64,000 nt of DNA from an uncultured delta proteobacterium (GTDB lineage: Bacteria > Desulfobacterota > Binatia > JACPRU01): contig CAVUWD010000009.1 of assembly GCA_963745025.1 (NCBI GenBank), forward strand, positions 1 through 64,000, written 5' to 3'. Below the pieces are notes generated by a model. It was not told the DNA's origin. It was given only the letters and a program-made list of their open reading frames with translations, and did not search any database. Position 1 is the first letter of the stretch, and every line of letters starts with the position of its first letter. Positions 27,991 through 38,751 of this stretch are shown here, piece after piece. Position numbers and translations under genes: made by a program.

Positions 27991-29184
27991 ATGGCCGACC
28001 CGCGCGAAATGAGGCTCCGCCAAGGCCTGGAGGCATTGAAGCGCCTCGGCGTCTCGCCCGACGAGCCGAGCATCGAGACGCTCTCCGCGGCGCTCGGAGC
28101 CGATTCGACGACTGCTCTGGCGGTTGCCGAGCTTTGCGGCGGCATTGTGTCGGTCGAGAGCGCCCGACTGCTGGCGCGCATCGAAACCGACGCGCGCCTG
28201 GACAAGCCCTTGCGGCGGGAGGCGCGGCGCTCACTCTACCGGCTGAAGCAGAAAGGCATATCCGCTCCGGCCGCCGACGTGGGCACTGCCGCCCCGGCTC
28301 GGTCACCGCTCGCGGGCGCCGAAGCGGAGGGGTTTCTCTCCCTCAATGACCCGCTCGGCGACCGTCTCCTGTGGATTCTCAAGGCCCGCAGCGGCGGCGG
28401 CTTCTACCATTTGAGCACCGTCGTCAACGAGCCCGCCGGACTCAAGGAAGCGGTGCTCTCCGAAGTGAACCGCAAGAGCGTTCGAGCGCTGCGTGAAGAG
28501 CTCGAGGCGCGGCACGGGTTGCGGCTCGTCGAGATCGATTGGCGCTACTGTGACTGGGTTGCTGCCGAGGGCTACGAGCGAGCGCGGCAACGCGACGACG
28601 TTTCGGAATCGGCGGCGCACTATCCGCAACTTCGCCTTCAGCTCTTCCCGAAGGCGGCCGAGCCCGCTGACCTTCCGTCACCAGGCGACGTCACCCCGGC
28701 GAGCCTCGACTCGTCCGCTGCCCTCTTCGAGGAAGTCGAGCTCCATCAGTGGTTCTTGCCCGAGGCGCTCCTCGCTTCCCATCTCGCTCGCTATCGCGAG
28801 ATCCGCGAAAGCCCGATCGTTCTCGATCGGACGGCTCAGATCTCCCGCGTGGAAGAAATCGTGCAGGCCGCCGTCGCGGAGCTGTTCTCGGCCGAGCGTG
28901 CTTCGTCGTGGCGCCGACGCCTGGACGAAGCGGCCTATTTTTTTGCCAAAACGGCCCGACCGGGCCCGGCGGGGCTCGCCACGGCCACGGCGGCAGCGAT
29001 CGCCGAGCGGCGAAGCGGGCGTGGAATCCCGTTCTGCGAGGAGCTGGTGCGTCGATCCTTCGGCCTGTTCTTTGCCCGCGACGCCGAGCGAGAGCGCGAG
29101 GAAAAGGCGTCGTCCGTGCTCGTCACTCCGGACGACCTACGTGCCGAACAGGCCCGAGCGCGACAACGGCCGAGGGGACGGTGA
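27991..29184 (+). CDS. Conserved hypothetical protein (helical, HEAT-like N-region)
   Basis: 397-aa ORF starting 1 bp after the M23 gene, host-like codon use, REARRSLYRLKQKG motif. Confidence 0.7.
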   Translation: MADPREMRLRQGLEALKRLGVSPDEPSIETLSAALGADSTTALAVAELCGGIVSVESARLLARIETDARLDKPLRREARRSLYRLKQKGISAPAADVGTAAPARSPLAGAEAEGFLSLNDPLGDRLLWILKARSGGGFYHLSTVVNEPAGLKEAVLSEVNRKSVRALREELEARHGLRLVEIDWRYCDWVAAEGYERARQRDDVSESAAHYPQLRLQLFPKAAEPADLPSPGDVTPASLDSSAALFEEVELHQWFLPEALLASHLARYREIRESPIVLDRTAQISRVEEIVQAAVAELFSAERASSWRRRLDEAAYFFAKTARPGPAGLATATAAAIAERRSGRGIPFCEELVRRSFGLFFARDAEREREEKASSVLVTPDDLRAEQARARQRPRGR

Positions 29185-29189
29185 GGAGC

Positions 29190-29270
29190 GGCTACCGGCC
29201 ACCGGCTACAGGCTACCGCACAAAGACCTATGGGGCTTTTGCGGTAGCCTGTAGCCGGTAGCCGGTAGCC
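29190..29270. repeat. Heptamer-repeat palindrome, 4+4 units, between convergent genes
   Basis: ggctacc ggccacc ggctaca ggctacc gcacaaagac...cttttgc ggtagcc tgtagcc ggtagcc ggtagcc. Confidence 0.85.
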
Positions 29271-29271
29271 T

Positions 29272-30441
29272 CTAAAGCTTGATGAAAATGCGCTTGCGGT
29301 AGAAAACCTCCATGATCCCGAGCCATACGACGACGTAGCTCACCGCAAACAGTAGCGAGGCCGCCTCCGGCGGCGCCCACCAGGTGAACAAAGTCTCGCA
29401 GATGCGCGCGCGGAGGTTCTCTCCGTGCAGGGTGATTCGCTCGAGCACTTCCCCCACGGCCATCGACAGCACGTACACGGCGATCGAGTTGACCCCGAAG
29501 ACCACCAGGGGACGAACCGGCCGGCGCACCTGCTTCACGTCGACCAGCCAGTAACAGAACCCGAAAAGCATCGACGCCATGCCCGCGGCAAAGATGGCGT
29601 ACGAGCTCGTCCAGAGATTCTTGTTGATCGGCAGCCAGAGACTCATCAGCTCGCCGGCGGCGACCGCCAGCGCCCCGGCGACGGTCAGGCCGAGCGTCGT
29701 CTGCCAGGGAGGCCGTTTGCCGAATAGCCAGCGACCCGCGAGAACGCCGAACAGGGTCGTCGCGATCGCGGGCATCGTCGAGAGCAATCCCTCGGGGTCC
29801 CACGTCTGATGATAGAGGTGGCTCTCGCCAAAGATGCGCCGGTCGAGATAGGCGGCGAGGTTGTGCTCGGGGTCCAGGCGACCTGCCCCGGCCCCGGGAA
29901 CCGGCACGAATTCGAGCAGCGCCCAGTAGCCGGCCAGCAGGCCGACGAGAATGGCGCTCTGGGAGCGCGGACCGGCCACGAGAGACACCACGGACGCCGC
30001 TAGGTAACACAGCGAAATTCGTTGCAGCACCCCCGGGATGCGCAACGTGGCGAGACCGTCGAGGTCCGTGAGCGCGTTCAGAACGATGCCGAGACCGAAA
30101 AGCAGAAGGGTACGCCGCAGAATCCGCAGCGAGACGTGCCCGGCGCCACGCGACGCACGGTCCGCCAAGGAGACGTGGATCGCGACACCGACGATGAAGA
30201 GAAAGAACGGGAAGATCAGATCGGCGAGCGTCCACCCGTTCCATTCCGCGTGCGTCAGCGGACCGTAAGCGTCGTTCCAGCTTCCCGGGTTGTTGACGAG
30301 GATCATCCCGGCGATGGTCAAGCCGCGGAAAGCGTCGAGCGCTACGACACGTCGCGAGGCTCGTACCGCGGAGCCGACGTCGGGGCGCGCCACCTCGATC
30401 AAAGGCGCCAGAGGCTCGATCGACTGCGCGGGCCGCGCCAC
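29272..30441 (-). CDS. HGSNAT/NagX-like (DUF5009) membrane acetyltransferase; start uncertain
   Basis: LDAFRGLTIAGMILVNNPG, HAEWNG.TLADLIFPFFLFIVG, RIPGVLQRI, DPEGLLST, PINKNLWTSSY. Confidence 0.9.
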   Translation of the reverse strand: MARPAQSIEPLAPLIEVARPDVGSAVRASRRVVALDAFRGLTIAGMILVNNPGSWNDAYGPLTHAEWNGWTLADLIFPFFLFIVGVAIHVSLADRASRGAGHVSLRILRRTLLLFGLGIVLNALTDLDGLATLRIPGVLQRISLCYLAASVVSLVAGPRSQSAILVGLLAGYWALLEFVPVPGAGAGRLDPEHNLAAYLDRRIFGESHLYHQTWDPEGLLSTMPAIATTLFGVLAGRWLFGKRPPWQTTLGLTVAGALAVAAGELMSLWLPINKNLWTSSYAIFAAGMASMLFGFCYWLVDVKQVRRPVRPLVVFGVNSIAVYVLSMAVGEVLERITLHGENLRARICETLFTWWAPPEAASLLFAVSYVVVWLGIMEVFYRKRIFIKL

Positions 30442-30476
30442 GAACCCGGCTCTCTCACGAAGAGCAGGCTCGCGGG

Positions 30477-31223
30477 CTACAGGTCGATGACCATCCCGTC
30501 TCGAGCGCACTCTTCTTTGACCTGGTCGAGCTTGCGGAGAACCTCACTGCCCAGATGCGAAAGCAAGACACGTCGAGCGCCGAGCCGGCTGCGATTCCGT
30601 TCGAACTGCGGATAGTTGATGTGAAAGTGGACCTGGGTCTCCCAGTAGCAACACTCGCAGAGGAAGAGATCGACGTCGGTGGTCCGACGGATGAATTCCT
30701 CCGTCCACCCGGAGTCTCCCGAGTAGACAATCGTCTTGCCGTCGACGGAGACCTTCACGCCGAGCGACGGCTCCCGCTCCTGATGCGGGACCGCGAACGG
30801 CTCGATCGCCACGCCTGCGACGTCGACGTTCTCGCCGCCAACCAGCGTTTGGAAGCGGAGCGGAAACGTGAGCGGCCGGGCCGCCGTCTCCTTGTACATG
30901 GCGCGGAAGAGGTCCATCGTCCGCTGCTCGGTGCCCAGCGGACCCGCGATCAGCAGCTCCCGTTTCCGCGGCCGCTCGTAGAGGTACTCCATGATCATGA
31001 ACGGAATACCGGCGAAATGGTCTCCGTGGAGGTGGCTGAGAAGGATGAAATCGATTTCGTCCGAGTCTTGGCCGACGTCCTTGAGCGCCGGGAGCACCGT
31101 CGGGCCCGCGTCCATCAGGAACGTCGCGGACCGAGCGCGCACCAGATACGCGCTTTGGCGCAGCCCGCCGCTGCCGAACGCGTCACCCGCACCGAGCACA
31201 ACGACCTGTACGCGGCTTTTCAA
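30477..31223 (-). CDS. MBL-fold metallo-hydrolase (RNase Z/PhnP-like)
   Basis: LGAGDAFGSGG, SHLHGDHFAG, VPH, YSGDSG, C-terminal SH. Confidence 0.9.
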   Translation of the reverse strand: MKSRVQVVVLGAGDAFGSGGLRQSAYLVRARSATFLMDAGPTVLPALKDVGQDSDEIDFILLSHLHGDHFAGIPFMIMEYLYERPRKRELLIAGPLGTEQRTMDLFRAMYKETAARPLTFPLRFQTLVGGENVDVAGVAIEPFAVPHQEREPSLGVKVSVDGKTIVYSGDSGWTEEFIRRTTDVDLFLCECCYWETQVHFHINYPQFERNRSRLGARRVLLSHLGSEVLRKLDQVKEECARDGMVIDL

Positions 31224-31422
31224 TGTTTCACCCTCGCGGTTGGGAATGAAACTTCGTGCCCGGCGCCATCGGCGAAAGTCCGATCGCTCTCGTCGATTTT
31301 TTGCCTGCTCGGTCGGGCATGTACGTCGCTAACTAATTATGGTCTTTCGGCACCTTCATGCAAACCGCGGCCCTTGCTTCCGAACTGCGCTTCTCCCGGA
31401 GCTGTCGCGTTCGGCTGGCTGT

Positions 31423-31782
31423 TCAGGGCCCGGCCGGACCCGAAGGTGTCGATTCGGAGCGAGCCCGCGGATGCGGCGCCTCCACCGATGGGGGAGCCTC
31501 GGCCTGCGGAACCGGGTCGCGACGAGCGGGCTCCCGCGTCGTCTCCTGTAGCTCGTTGAATCGACGCGTCAGCTGTTCGAACCCGTTGGCGAGCGTATCG
31601 AGCCGCGCGGCGAGCTGATCGCGCTGTTCTTTGGCCTCCTTGAGCGAAGCGATCGTGCTCGTCATCTCATGATAGTGCGGCGACAGTTGCAGAACGTAGT
31701 CACCGCTCGCGAACGCGAGATAGAGGATCGCGGAGATGATCGTGACCAGAACGCCCATGATGAACCCGTAGATGAATCGCAT
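31423..31782 (-). CDS. Small membrane-anchored coiled-coil hypothetical protein
   Basis: N-terminal TM helix, heptad region and Pro-rich tail; GGGAGGG RBS upstream. Confidence 0.7.
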   Translation of the reverse strand: MRFIYGFIMGVLVTIISAILYLAFASGDYVLQLSPHYHEMTSTIASLKEAKEQRDQLAARLDTLANGFEQLTRRFNELQETTREPARRDPVPQAEAPPSVEAPHPRARSESTPSGPAGP

Positions 31783-31809
31783 CGTTCCCTCCCGAGGCCC
31801 TGCTCGACG

Positions 31810-34800
31810 TTACCCACGGCTTGCAAGCTTCCAGAGCTCGCGCACGACCACAACCATCGCCGCAATCGAGATCTGCCGGCGGCTTGCCAAGTCCTCGATC
31901 AATGCACGCAGACGGCCGATCTCGGTTTCGTGCCCGACGGCGAAGGCTCGAAATCGGTCACGGATCTCGCGTTCGGGGCGGCCGAAAATCATCGCGGTCA
32001 TGCGGCGACGGGCAGCCGACAGATCCTCCCGAAGCCCCTCCGCGGCGCGCTTCTCCCAGCGGTCGTCTCCCGGCACGGTCGCAAACCATTGATCGAGGAC
32101 GCCGAAGTCGAGAATCTCGCCCGCTTTGCGGTAGAGGAAGCTCGCGTCGCCGAGCGGCAGCCGTCGTTCCCCGGCCAGGCGCGCGATCTCGAGCTCGCCA
32201 CGCAGTCGCTCGAGGGCGTGGAGCGAACGGGCGATCCCCGGCTCGACGCCGAGGCGCTCGAGTCGAGTGACGGCCGCATCGGCTTCTGCGACAGACTCCC
32301 CCCGGGATCGGTCGGCGAGCTCGGTGAGCGCACGGCGCCAGGCGTCGATTCGCTCCCCCATCGGTCCCGGTTGGCGGAGCACGGCGACGAGCAGCTTGCA
32401 GGCCGACTCCACCGCCGCCTCCCAGCGAAGGCACAGCGCATAGGCGTCATCCGTGGGGATGGGCGCCGCGGCGAGCGCATCGAGCACGCGGTCGGCCTCG
32501 GAGACCGCCACCACCGCGACGAAGCTCGCGACCGCGGCCGGCGCGCCGGCCGCCGTGTCGCGAGCCATGCGCTGGGCGAAGCCCGACCCCATGCGGTCGA
32601 CGACCTGATTGCCGAGCTCGGCGGCGATGATCTCGCGCCGCAGGCGGTGAGCACGGACCGCCTGGGGGAAGCGCTCGGTAATCCGGGACGGGAAGTACGC
32701 GAACAGGTACCGTTCGAACGTCGGGTCGTCGATCCAAGGCGAGGCCAGGAGCTCACGCTGCAACTGGAGCTTCGAATACGCGGCGAGCACGGCGAGCTCC
32801 GGCCGGGTGAGCCCGCGGAACGTGCCGCGGCGAAGCCGCAGCGCCTCCCGGTCCGGTAGGTACTCGAGCGCGCGATCGAGCGAGCCATCCTGCTCGAGCT
32901 GGGCCATCTGATCGCGGAACTCGACCAGCCGCGTGACGCTCCGCCGCTGATCGAGCGACAGCAAGAGCGCCTGCCGCGCGTTGTGAGCGAGCACGTGCTC
33001 GACGACGTCGCTCTTTACGTCCTCGAGAACGCGGTTTCGCTGCACGAGCGAGAGCTCGCCGGATTCGAGCAACGGCTGGAAGAGGATCTTGAGATTGACT
33101 TCGTGGTCGGAGAGATCGACGCCGCCGGAATTGTCGATCGCATCGGTGTTGATCCGCCCGCCGCGCAGCGCCAGCTCCACCCGCGCACGCTGCGTGAACC
33201 CCAGGTTGCCACCCTCGGCGACGACCGCCGCACCGATCTCCGCGGCGCTTCGCCGCACGCCGTCGTTCGCATGGTCGCCGACCTCGGCGTCTGTCTCGGT
33301 ACTGGCACGCACGTACGTACCGATCCCGCCGTTGAAGAGCAGGTCGGTCTTCATGCCGAGGATCGCGCGGATCAACCCTTCGCCGTCGAGCCGCTCGTCG
33401 TCCACGCCGAGAAGCGCGCGCGATTCGGGCGAGAGCGGCGCCGCCTTGGCGCCACGGGCGACGATCATCCCGCCGGCGGAGAGGACCTTCTTGTCGTAGT
33501 CCGTCCAGACCGAACGCGGCAGACGGAAGAGCCGCTGGCGCTCTCGGAACGACGCCTCGGGATCGGGGCTCGGGTCGAGAAAGATGTGGGCGTGGTTGAA
33601 TGCCGCCTTCAGACGAATCATCCGCGACCGCAGCATGGCGTTGCCGAACACGTCGCCGCTCATGTCGCCGATCCCGACCACGTCGAGCGGCACCTCCTGG
33701 GTGTCCTTGCCGAGCTCGCGGAAGTGGCGCTGCACGCATTCCCACGCGCCGCGGGCCGTGATCCCTTCTTTCTTGTGGTCGTAGCCGTGCGAGCCGCCCG
33801 AGGCGAAGGCATCGCCCAGCCAGTAGCCGTACTCCGCCGCGACCGAGTTGGCGAGATCGGAAAACGTCGCCGTCCCCTTGTCGGCGGCGACGACGAGGTA
33901 GGGATCGTCACCTTCGTAGCGCACGACGTGAGCCGGCGGAACGATCACGCCGCGAACGATGTTGTCGGTCAGATCGAGCAACCCGCGCATCAACGTGGAG
34001 TAACACTCGCGAACCTCGGCCGCGCCGTCGGCACCGGCCTTCGCGCGCTTGACGACGAAGCCTCCCTTCGAGCCGACGGGCACGATGACGGCGTTCTTCA
34101 CCATCTGGGTCTTCATGAGACCGAGGACCTCGGCGCGGAAGTCGTCGGGTCGGTCGCTGCAGCGGATGCCGCCCCGCGCCACCTTGCCGCCACGCAGGTG
34201 CAGCCCCTCCATGCGCGGGCTGTGCACGTAGACTTCGTATAGGGGGCGGGGCTTGGGCAAGGACTCGATACGCTGCGAATGCACTTTGATGCTGAGGAAC
34301 GGATGATCGGGTCGAGGCGGGCGGAAGTAGTTGGTGCGCACCGTGCCCTCGATCAGCGAGACGTAGTTGCGGAGCATCTGGTCCTCGCTCGCCGTGTCCA
34401 CGCTCTCGAGCGCCTTCGAGAATCGCTCGCGGGCCGCCTGCGCCCGGCTCTCCCGCTCCGGCGAGACGGGGTCGAAGCGCACCGCGAAGAGATCGTAGAG
34501 CGCCCGCGCCGCATCCGCGTGTCGCAGCAGCACCTCGTTCAGCGCCGGCCGGCTCGGCCCCGCGTTCCCCTGGAAGGCGAGGTTCCGGTAGGTGCGCAGC
34601 AGCTCGACCTCGCGCCAGCCGAAGCCGGCGTCGACGACCAGTCGGTTCAGCGAGTCGTTCTCCGCCCGTCCGGCGCGGATCTCGAGGATCGCCGGCACGA
34701 GCGTCGGCGCCGCGCGACTTACGTCGAGGCGCTGCCCGTGGAGGTCCTGGACGAGAAAGCGAACGAGAACGATGCGCCCCTCGCCTTCGCCGAGCGCGAC

Positions 34801-36558
34801 CGAGTCCTCGGCGAATACCCGCAGGCCGAGGTTTTCGAGCAGCGGTAGGAAATCCGAGAGCACGATTCCCTCGCCGCGGAGATAGAGCTTCAACATCGTG
34901 AAGCGGTCCGCATCCCCACCGACCGCGTTGGCGAGCTCGATCCCGACCGGCGCCGACTCCGTCAACGCTTCGAGATGGCGGATGTCGTTCAACGCGCTGG
35001 AAACCTCTGTTGCCGCCTTGTAGTGAGGCGTGAAGAGCGCCGCGTAGCGCTCGGCGAGCGCGCGCCCGCGCACCCCGCGATAGTCCGCGATCAGGCGCTC
35101 ACGCAAGCGATCGTCCCAGGAACGAACGTGCTCGGCGATGCGTCGCTCGATCACTTCGGCGCCGCCCGGGGGCTTGTCGACCGGCGCGACGTAGAAGTGA
35201 AGTCGAGCCTGTTCGCCCGCGCCGAGCGAAAGCTGGTGGTCGACGACCGGGCCTCCGAGATGCTCGGCGAGCAGCCGCTCGATCCAGTCGCGGACCTCGC
35301 CCGAAAACCGTTCGCGCGGCAGGATCGTCGTGACCCAGACCCCGCGGCCGTGCGGACGAAAACGCACGCGCACGCCGTCGCCGGCACCGAGCGAGCGCAC
35401 GGTGCGAATCTCCGCGCGCAGCTCGTCTGCGCCGAGCAGGAACAACTCGGTCTTCGGCATCGCCTCGAAGATCGCTTCGATCTCGCGAAAATCGTGGGAA
35501 TCGGGAAGCGCCTGCTCGGCCGTCAGGATCTGTTGGAGCTTCTGCCGTACCACGGGAATCTCCGACGCGGGCTCCGCGTAGGCCTTGCTCGTGAAGAGCC
35601 CGTAGAACCGATGCTCGCACACGCCCCGCCCTTCCGCATCGAGGCGGCGAACGATGACGACGTCCATCGGGGCCGCGCGGTGAACGGTCGCCTCAGAGGC
35701 GGAGCGCGTGACCGCGAGCGGCGAGCGCCAGTCGTCCGTCAAGCGCTCGTTCACGGTCGCCGCGGCGCGCTGCGGCGCACGCAGGACACCGAGCGTCGAT
35801 TCCGGGTCGAGCCGCACCGCTGCGGCGGAGCCGTCGCGCAGGAACTCGTACGACGCGGCGCCGAGAAAGACGAAGTTGTCGTCGCCGAGCCATACCAGGA
35901 GCTGGTCGATCTCGTCGGCTTCCGGGGAAGGAAGCACGGCGGAGCCGAGCTCGTCCCGCGCTCGCTCGAGACGGTCGCGCATCCGCCGGTAATCTTCGGT
36001 CGCCACGTAGACGTCGCCGAGCCGGTCGGCGAGCTCCCGCTCGAGGGCCGGCAGCTCGGTGTCTACCATGCGGTCGATCGCGCAGTGAACGAACGACTCC
36101 TTCCGTCCCTCGAGCGAGCGCATGCGCACGAGCGCTCCCGAATCATCCCGCTCGACGAAATAGATGGGGTGAAGGAGGTAGCGCACCGCGATCCCGCGCT
36201 TGTGGAGAAATTCGCGGATCGTGTCGACGATGAACGGCCGATCGCCGAGGTGGCTTTCGAAGATCGTATAGGGTGACTCCCACCCGTCGACCGCGAAGTT
36301 CGGCGTGCGCAGGCGGCAACGGACCGGGGACGTCGCGATCGAGAAGAAGCGAAAGGCGCTGGCAACGACGGCGACGCGGTCTTCCTCGGGGAGCTCCGCC
36401 GCGTAGCGTTCGCCGCCGCGGGCGAAGAGACCGCGCGCGAATGCGATCATCCCCTCCGCTTCGGCGTCAGGGAAACGCTTGCGAACTCGCCCCTCGAACC
36501 CTTCGGCGTCGAGGCAGGGATCCGCCGGCGACCGCTCGTCGCTAGGGGGCTGCACCAC
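31810..36558 (-). CDS. gdhB: Large NAD-specific glutamate dehydrogenase
   Basis: 1582 aa; RGGKVARGGIR.SDRPDDFR, KTQMVKNAVIVPVGSKGGF, DDPYLVVAADKGTA, DAFASGGSHGYDHK, GIGDMSGDVFGN, NTDAIDNSGGV. Confidence 0.95.
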   Translation of the reverse strand: MVQPPSDERSPADPCLDAEGFEGRVRKRFPDAEAEGMIAFARGLFARGGERYAAELPEEDRVAVVASAFRFFSIATSPVRCRLRTPNFAVDGWESPYTIFESHLGDRPFIVDTIREFLHKRGIAVRYLLHPIYFVERDDSGALVRMRSLEGRKESFVHCAIDRMVDTELPALERELADRLGDVYVATEDYRRMRDRLERARDELGSAVLPSPEADEIDQLLVWLGDDNFVFLGAASYEFLRDGSAAAVRLDPESTLGVLRAPQRAAATVNERLTDDWRSPLAVTRSASEATVHRAAPMDVVIVRRLDAEGRGVCEHRFYGLFTSKAYAEPASEIPVVRQKLQQILTAEQALPDSHDFREIEAIFEAMPKTELFLLGADELRAEIRTVRSLGAGDGVRVRFRPHGRGVWVTTILPRERFSGEVRDWIERLLAEHLGGPVVDHQLSLGAGEQARLHFYVAPVDKPPGGAEVIERRIAEHVRSWDDRLRERLIADYRGVRGRALAERYAALFTPHYKAATEVSSALNDIRHLEALTESAPVGIELANAVGGDADRFTMLKLYLRGEGIVLSDFLPLLENLGLRVFAEDSVALGEGEGRIVLVRFLVQDLHGQRLDVSRAAPTLVPAILEIRAGRAENDSLNRLVVDAGFGWREVELLRTYRNLAFQGNAGPSRPALNEVLLRHADAARALYDLFAVRFDPVSPERESRAQAARERFSKALESVDTASEDQMLRNYVSLIEGTVRTNYFRPPRPDHPFLSIKVHSQRIESLPKPRPLYEVYVHSPRMEGLHLRGGKVARGGIRCSDRPDDFRAEVLGLMKTQMVKNAVIVPVGSKGGFVVKRAKAGADGAAEVRECYSTLMRGLLDLTDNIVRGVIVPPAHVVRYEGDDPYLVVAADKGTATFSDLANSVAAEYGYWLGDAFASGGSHGYDHKKEGITARGAWECVQRHFRELGKDTQEVPLDVVGIGDMSGDVFGNAMLRSRMIRLKAAFNHAHIFLDPSPDPEASFRERQRLFRLPRSVWTDYDKKVLSAGGMIVARGAKAAPLSPESRALLGVDDERLDGEGLIRAILGMKTDLLFNGGIGTYVRASTETDAEVGDHANDGVRRSAAEIGAAVVAEGGNLGFTQRARVELALRGGRINTDAIDNSGGVDLSDHEVNLKILFQPLLESGELSLVQRNRVLEDVKSDVVEHVLAHNARQALLLSLDQRRSVTRLVEFRDQMAQLEQDGSLDRALEYLPDREALRLRRGTFRGLTRPELAVLAAYSKLQLQRELLASPWIDDPTFERYLFAYFPSRITERFPQAVRAHRLRREIIAAELGNQVVDRMGSGFAQRMARDTAAGAPAAVASFVAVVAVSEADRVLDALAAAPIPTDDAYALCLRWEAAVESACKLLVAVLRQPGPMGERIDAWRRALTELADRSRGESVAEADAAVTRLERLGVEPGIARSLHALERLRGELEIARLAGERRLPLGDASFLYRKAGEILDFGVLDQWFATVPGDDRWEKRAAEGLREDLSAARRRMTAMIFGRPEREIRDRFRAFAVGHETEIGRLRALIEDLASRRQISIAAMVVVVRELWKLASRG

Positions 36559-36689
36559 GGATCGCTTCCGTTGGGCGTGAACCGGCTCCGACCAGGCAGC
36601 CCACCGGGCTAGACGACTGCGTCACGGATCGCTCCCGTGGGCGCGATCCCGGCTCCCACCGAAACATCGTACCGAGTTGGCCCGTTCGC

Positions 36690-37127
36690 TCACGCCCGCT
36701 CCTCCCCGATCGAGCACGCGTAGCGTCGACCGCCGGCACGAAAGCCGACGTGGTCGAGGAAGCGCTCCGCGGCCTCGTCCGTCGGCCGCGCTTCGAAGAC
36801 GCGAACGCCGCGGCGCCGTGCGCGAGCGATCGCGAACTCGAGAAGCCGCCGGCCGATCCCCGCCCCGCGCCGGCCAGGGTGGACCACGAGCTCCTCGAGC
36901 ATCGCGCGCTGACCTCCGAGCGGGAGCGCCCGAACGTAGCTCACCGCCACCATCCCGATCGGCGTTCCACCGTCGTACGCGACGTAGAGGTCGTAGGCGA
37001 GGTCGGAGACCGTCCTGCGAAACAATCGTACGGATCGTGGGGGGCTCTGCTCGACCATCGGCCACGAGCAAAGCGCGGAAAGCGCCTCGTAATCGGTGCG
37101 CCGCCCGCGCCGAATGCGGATCTCCAT
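36690..37127 (-). CDS. GNAT-family N-acetyltransferase
   Basis: LEELVVHPGRRGAGIGRRLL acetyl-CoA motif. Confidence 0.85.
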   Translation of the reverse strand: MEIRIRRGRRTDYEALSALCSWPMVEQSPPRSVRLFRRTVSDLAYDLYVAYDGGTPIGMVAVSYVRALPLGGQRAMLEELVVHPGRRGAGIGRRLLEFAIARARRRGVRVFEARPTDEAAERFLDHVGFRAGGRRYACSIGEERA

Positions 37128-37136
37128 GGCTTCGGG

Positions 37137-37814
37137 CTAAGAATCGCCGGAGCTCGGTCGGAACATCTCGTCGCGGACCGATCCGCTGTCGAAGGCCGTA
37201 CGCAGCGCCGGGTACTCGCGGCGGAACGCCTCCATGATCTCGTCGAATGGTAACTCGGCGAACGAGCCGCGATCGCGCACGTACTCCATGTGCTTGCGGT
37301 TTTGCGCGTCGAAGGGATGGAAGATCGAATCGTGACGCCCGCTGAACTCGAGCGGCCGAACGCCGAATCGCTCGCAGAGCGAGAGGTTGAATACGGGCGT
37401 CGCCTTCACCCATTGCCCGTCGAGAAAGAGCTCGGTGAAGCCGTGATAGACGAAGACATCACTCCCCATCACCTCGCGGAGCTTCGGGCTGGCCAGATGG
37501 TTCCGCACGTCGGCAAAGCCGAGCCGGCTCGGCACGCCGACGGCGCGCGCCGCGGCGGCCATCAGGGTCGATTTCTGGATGCAGTACGCAGCAGGAAGCG
37601 TCGCGACCGTGCTCGCTCGGTAGCGATGTGGGTCGGCGCTCATCGCGTACGGATCGTAGCGGATGCCATCGCGGACGGCGTAGTAGAGCGCGACGGCCTT
37701 GTCGATGTCGCTCGCGCGATCGCCCACCGCGCGCTCGGCCAATTCGCGCACAGGAGCCGAATCGCTGTCGAGAAACCAGGTCGGGCGCAGGAACGGTGCT
37801 TGATCCTCCATCAT
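37137..37814 (-). CDS. Transglutaminase-like family protein
   Basis: LYYAVRDGIRYDPY, YCIQKS (Cys), GFADVRNHL, YHGFTEL (His), WVKATP. Confidence 0.88.
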   Translation of the reverse strand: MMEDQAPFLRPTWFLDSDSAPVRELAERAVGDRASDIDKAVALYYAVRDGIRYDPYAMSADPHRYRASTVATLPAAYCIQKSTLMAAAARAVGVPSRLGFADVRNHLASPKLREVMGSDVFVYHGFTELFLDGQWVKATPVFNLSLCERFGVRPLEFSGRHDSIFHPFDAQNRKHMEYVRDRGSFAELPFDEIMEAFRREYPALRTAFDSGSVRDEMFRPSSGDS

Positions 37815-37893
37815 GCCAACATCGCCCAAGCCGCCGCTCGACTCAACCCGGCTCGGAGTGTGGTAGCCGGCGAAGCGCATGGAAGCGCTTCGC

Positions 37894-38751
37894 TCATGCC
37901 ACACCGTGCGCTTCGAACCACGAGAGAAGCCTCTTCCACCCGTCGCTCGCGGCTTCCTTCTGATAGGAGCTTCGGTAGTCGGCGTGAAATCCGTGCGGGG
38001 CATCCGGATAAACGACGATCTCGCACGGCTTCTGCGCCGCGCGCAACGCCTGCCGCATGCGTTCGACCGTCTCCAGCGGGATCCCCGGGTCCGCTCCACC
38101 GTAAAGGCCGAGCACCGGGGCGTGAAGGGAGCCGGCGAGGTCGAGCGGGTTCTTCGGGTGAAGCTCGTCGAGGTCCCCGACGAGTCGTCCGTACCAGGCC
38201 ACACCCGCCTTCAGATTCGGATTGTGTGCCGCATAGAGCCACACGATCCGACCGCCCCAGCAAAATCCGGTGATGCCGAGCTTGTCGGTTTCTCCGTCGC
38301 CCGATTTCTTCACCCAGGCGACGGTGGCATCGAGATCTTCCATCACCTGACGATCCGGCACCTTGGATACCACCCGCGAGACGATTTGCTGGATATCGGA
38401 GAGCTTGGAAACGTCTCCCTGCCGAGCATAGAGCTCCGGCGCGAGCGCGAGATAACCGCGCTTCGCCAAGCGCCGGCAGACGTCCTTGATGTGCTCGTGA
38501 ACGCCGAAGATCTCCTGCACGACGAGGACGACCGGAGGGGATTTGGCGGAAGCCGGCCTTGCCCGGTATGCCGGGATCGCTCCGTCGGCGACGGGGATCT
38601 TCACCCCCCCGGCCTCGAGGTCTAGCGCGTCGGTGGCGATCGTCTCCGCGCGCACCGGACGCACCGCGAGGGCAAACCCCGCGGACAACGTCGTCACCAG
38701 GAACCTTCGCCGGCCGTACTCGTGTCCGGGCTTCGCGACCGAATTCGCCAT
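37894..38751 (-). CDS. Dienelactone hydrolase family protein with Tat signal
   Basis: RRRFL Tat motif, [16 protein letters not shown] nucleophile, [15 protein letters not shown]. Confidence 0.92.
   Translation of the reverse strand: MANSVAKPGHEYGRRRFLVTTLSAGFALAVRPVRAETIATDALDLEAGGVKIPVADGAIPAYRARPASAKSPPVVLVVQEIFGVHEHIKDVCRRLAKRGYLALAPELYARQGDVSKLSDIQQIVSRVVSKVPDRQVMEDLDATVAWVKKSGDGETDKLGITGFCWGGRIVWLYAAHNPNLKAGVAWYGRLVGDLDELHPKNPLDLAGSLHAPVLGLYGGADPGIPLETVERMRQALRAAQKPCEIVVYPDAPHGFHADYRSSYQKEAASDGWKRLLSWFEAHGVA

Noticed and set aside
18781-29270. Repeats as a CRISPR array
   Set aside because: The units are 7-nt tandem palindromic arms at dispersed sites, with no repeat-spacer periodicity and no cas genes.
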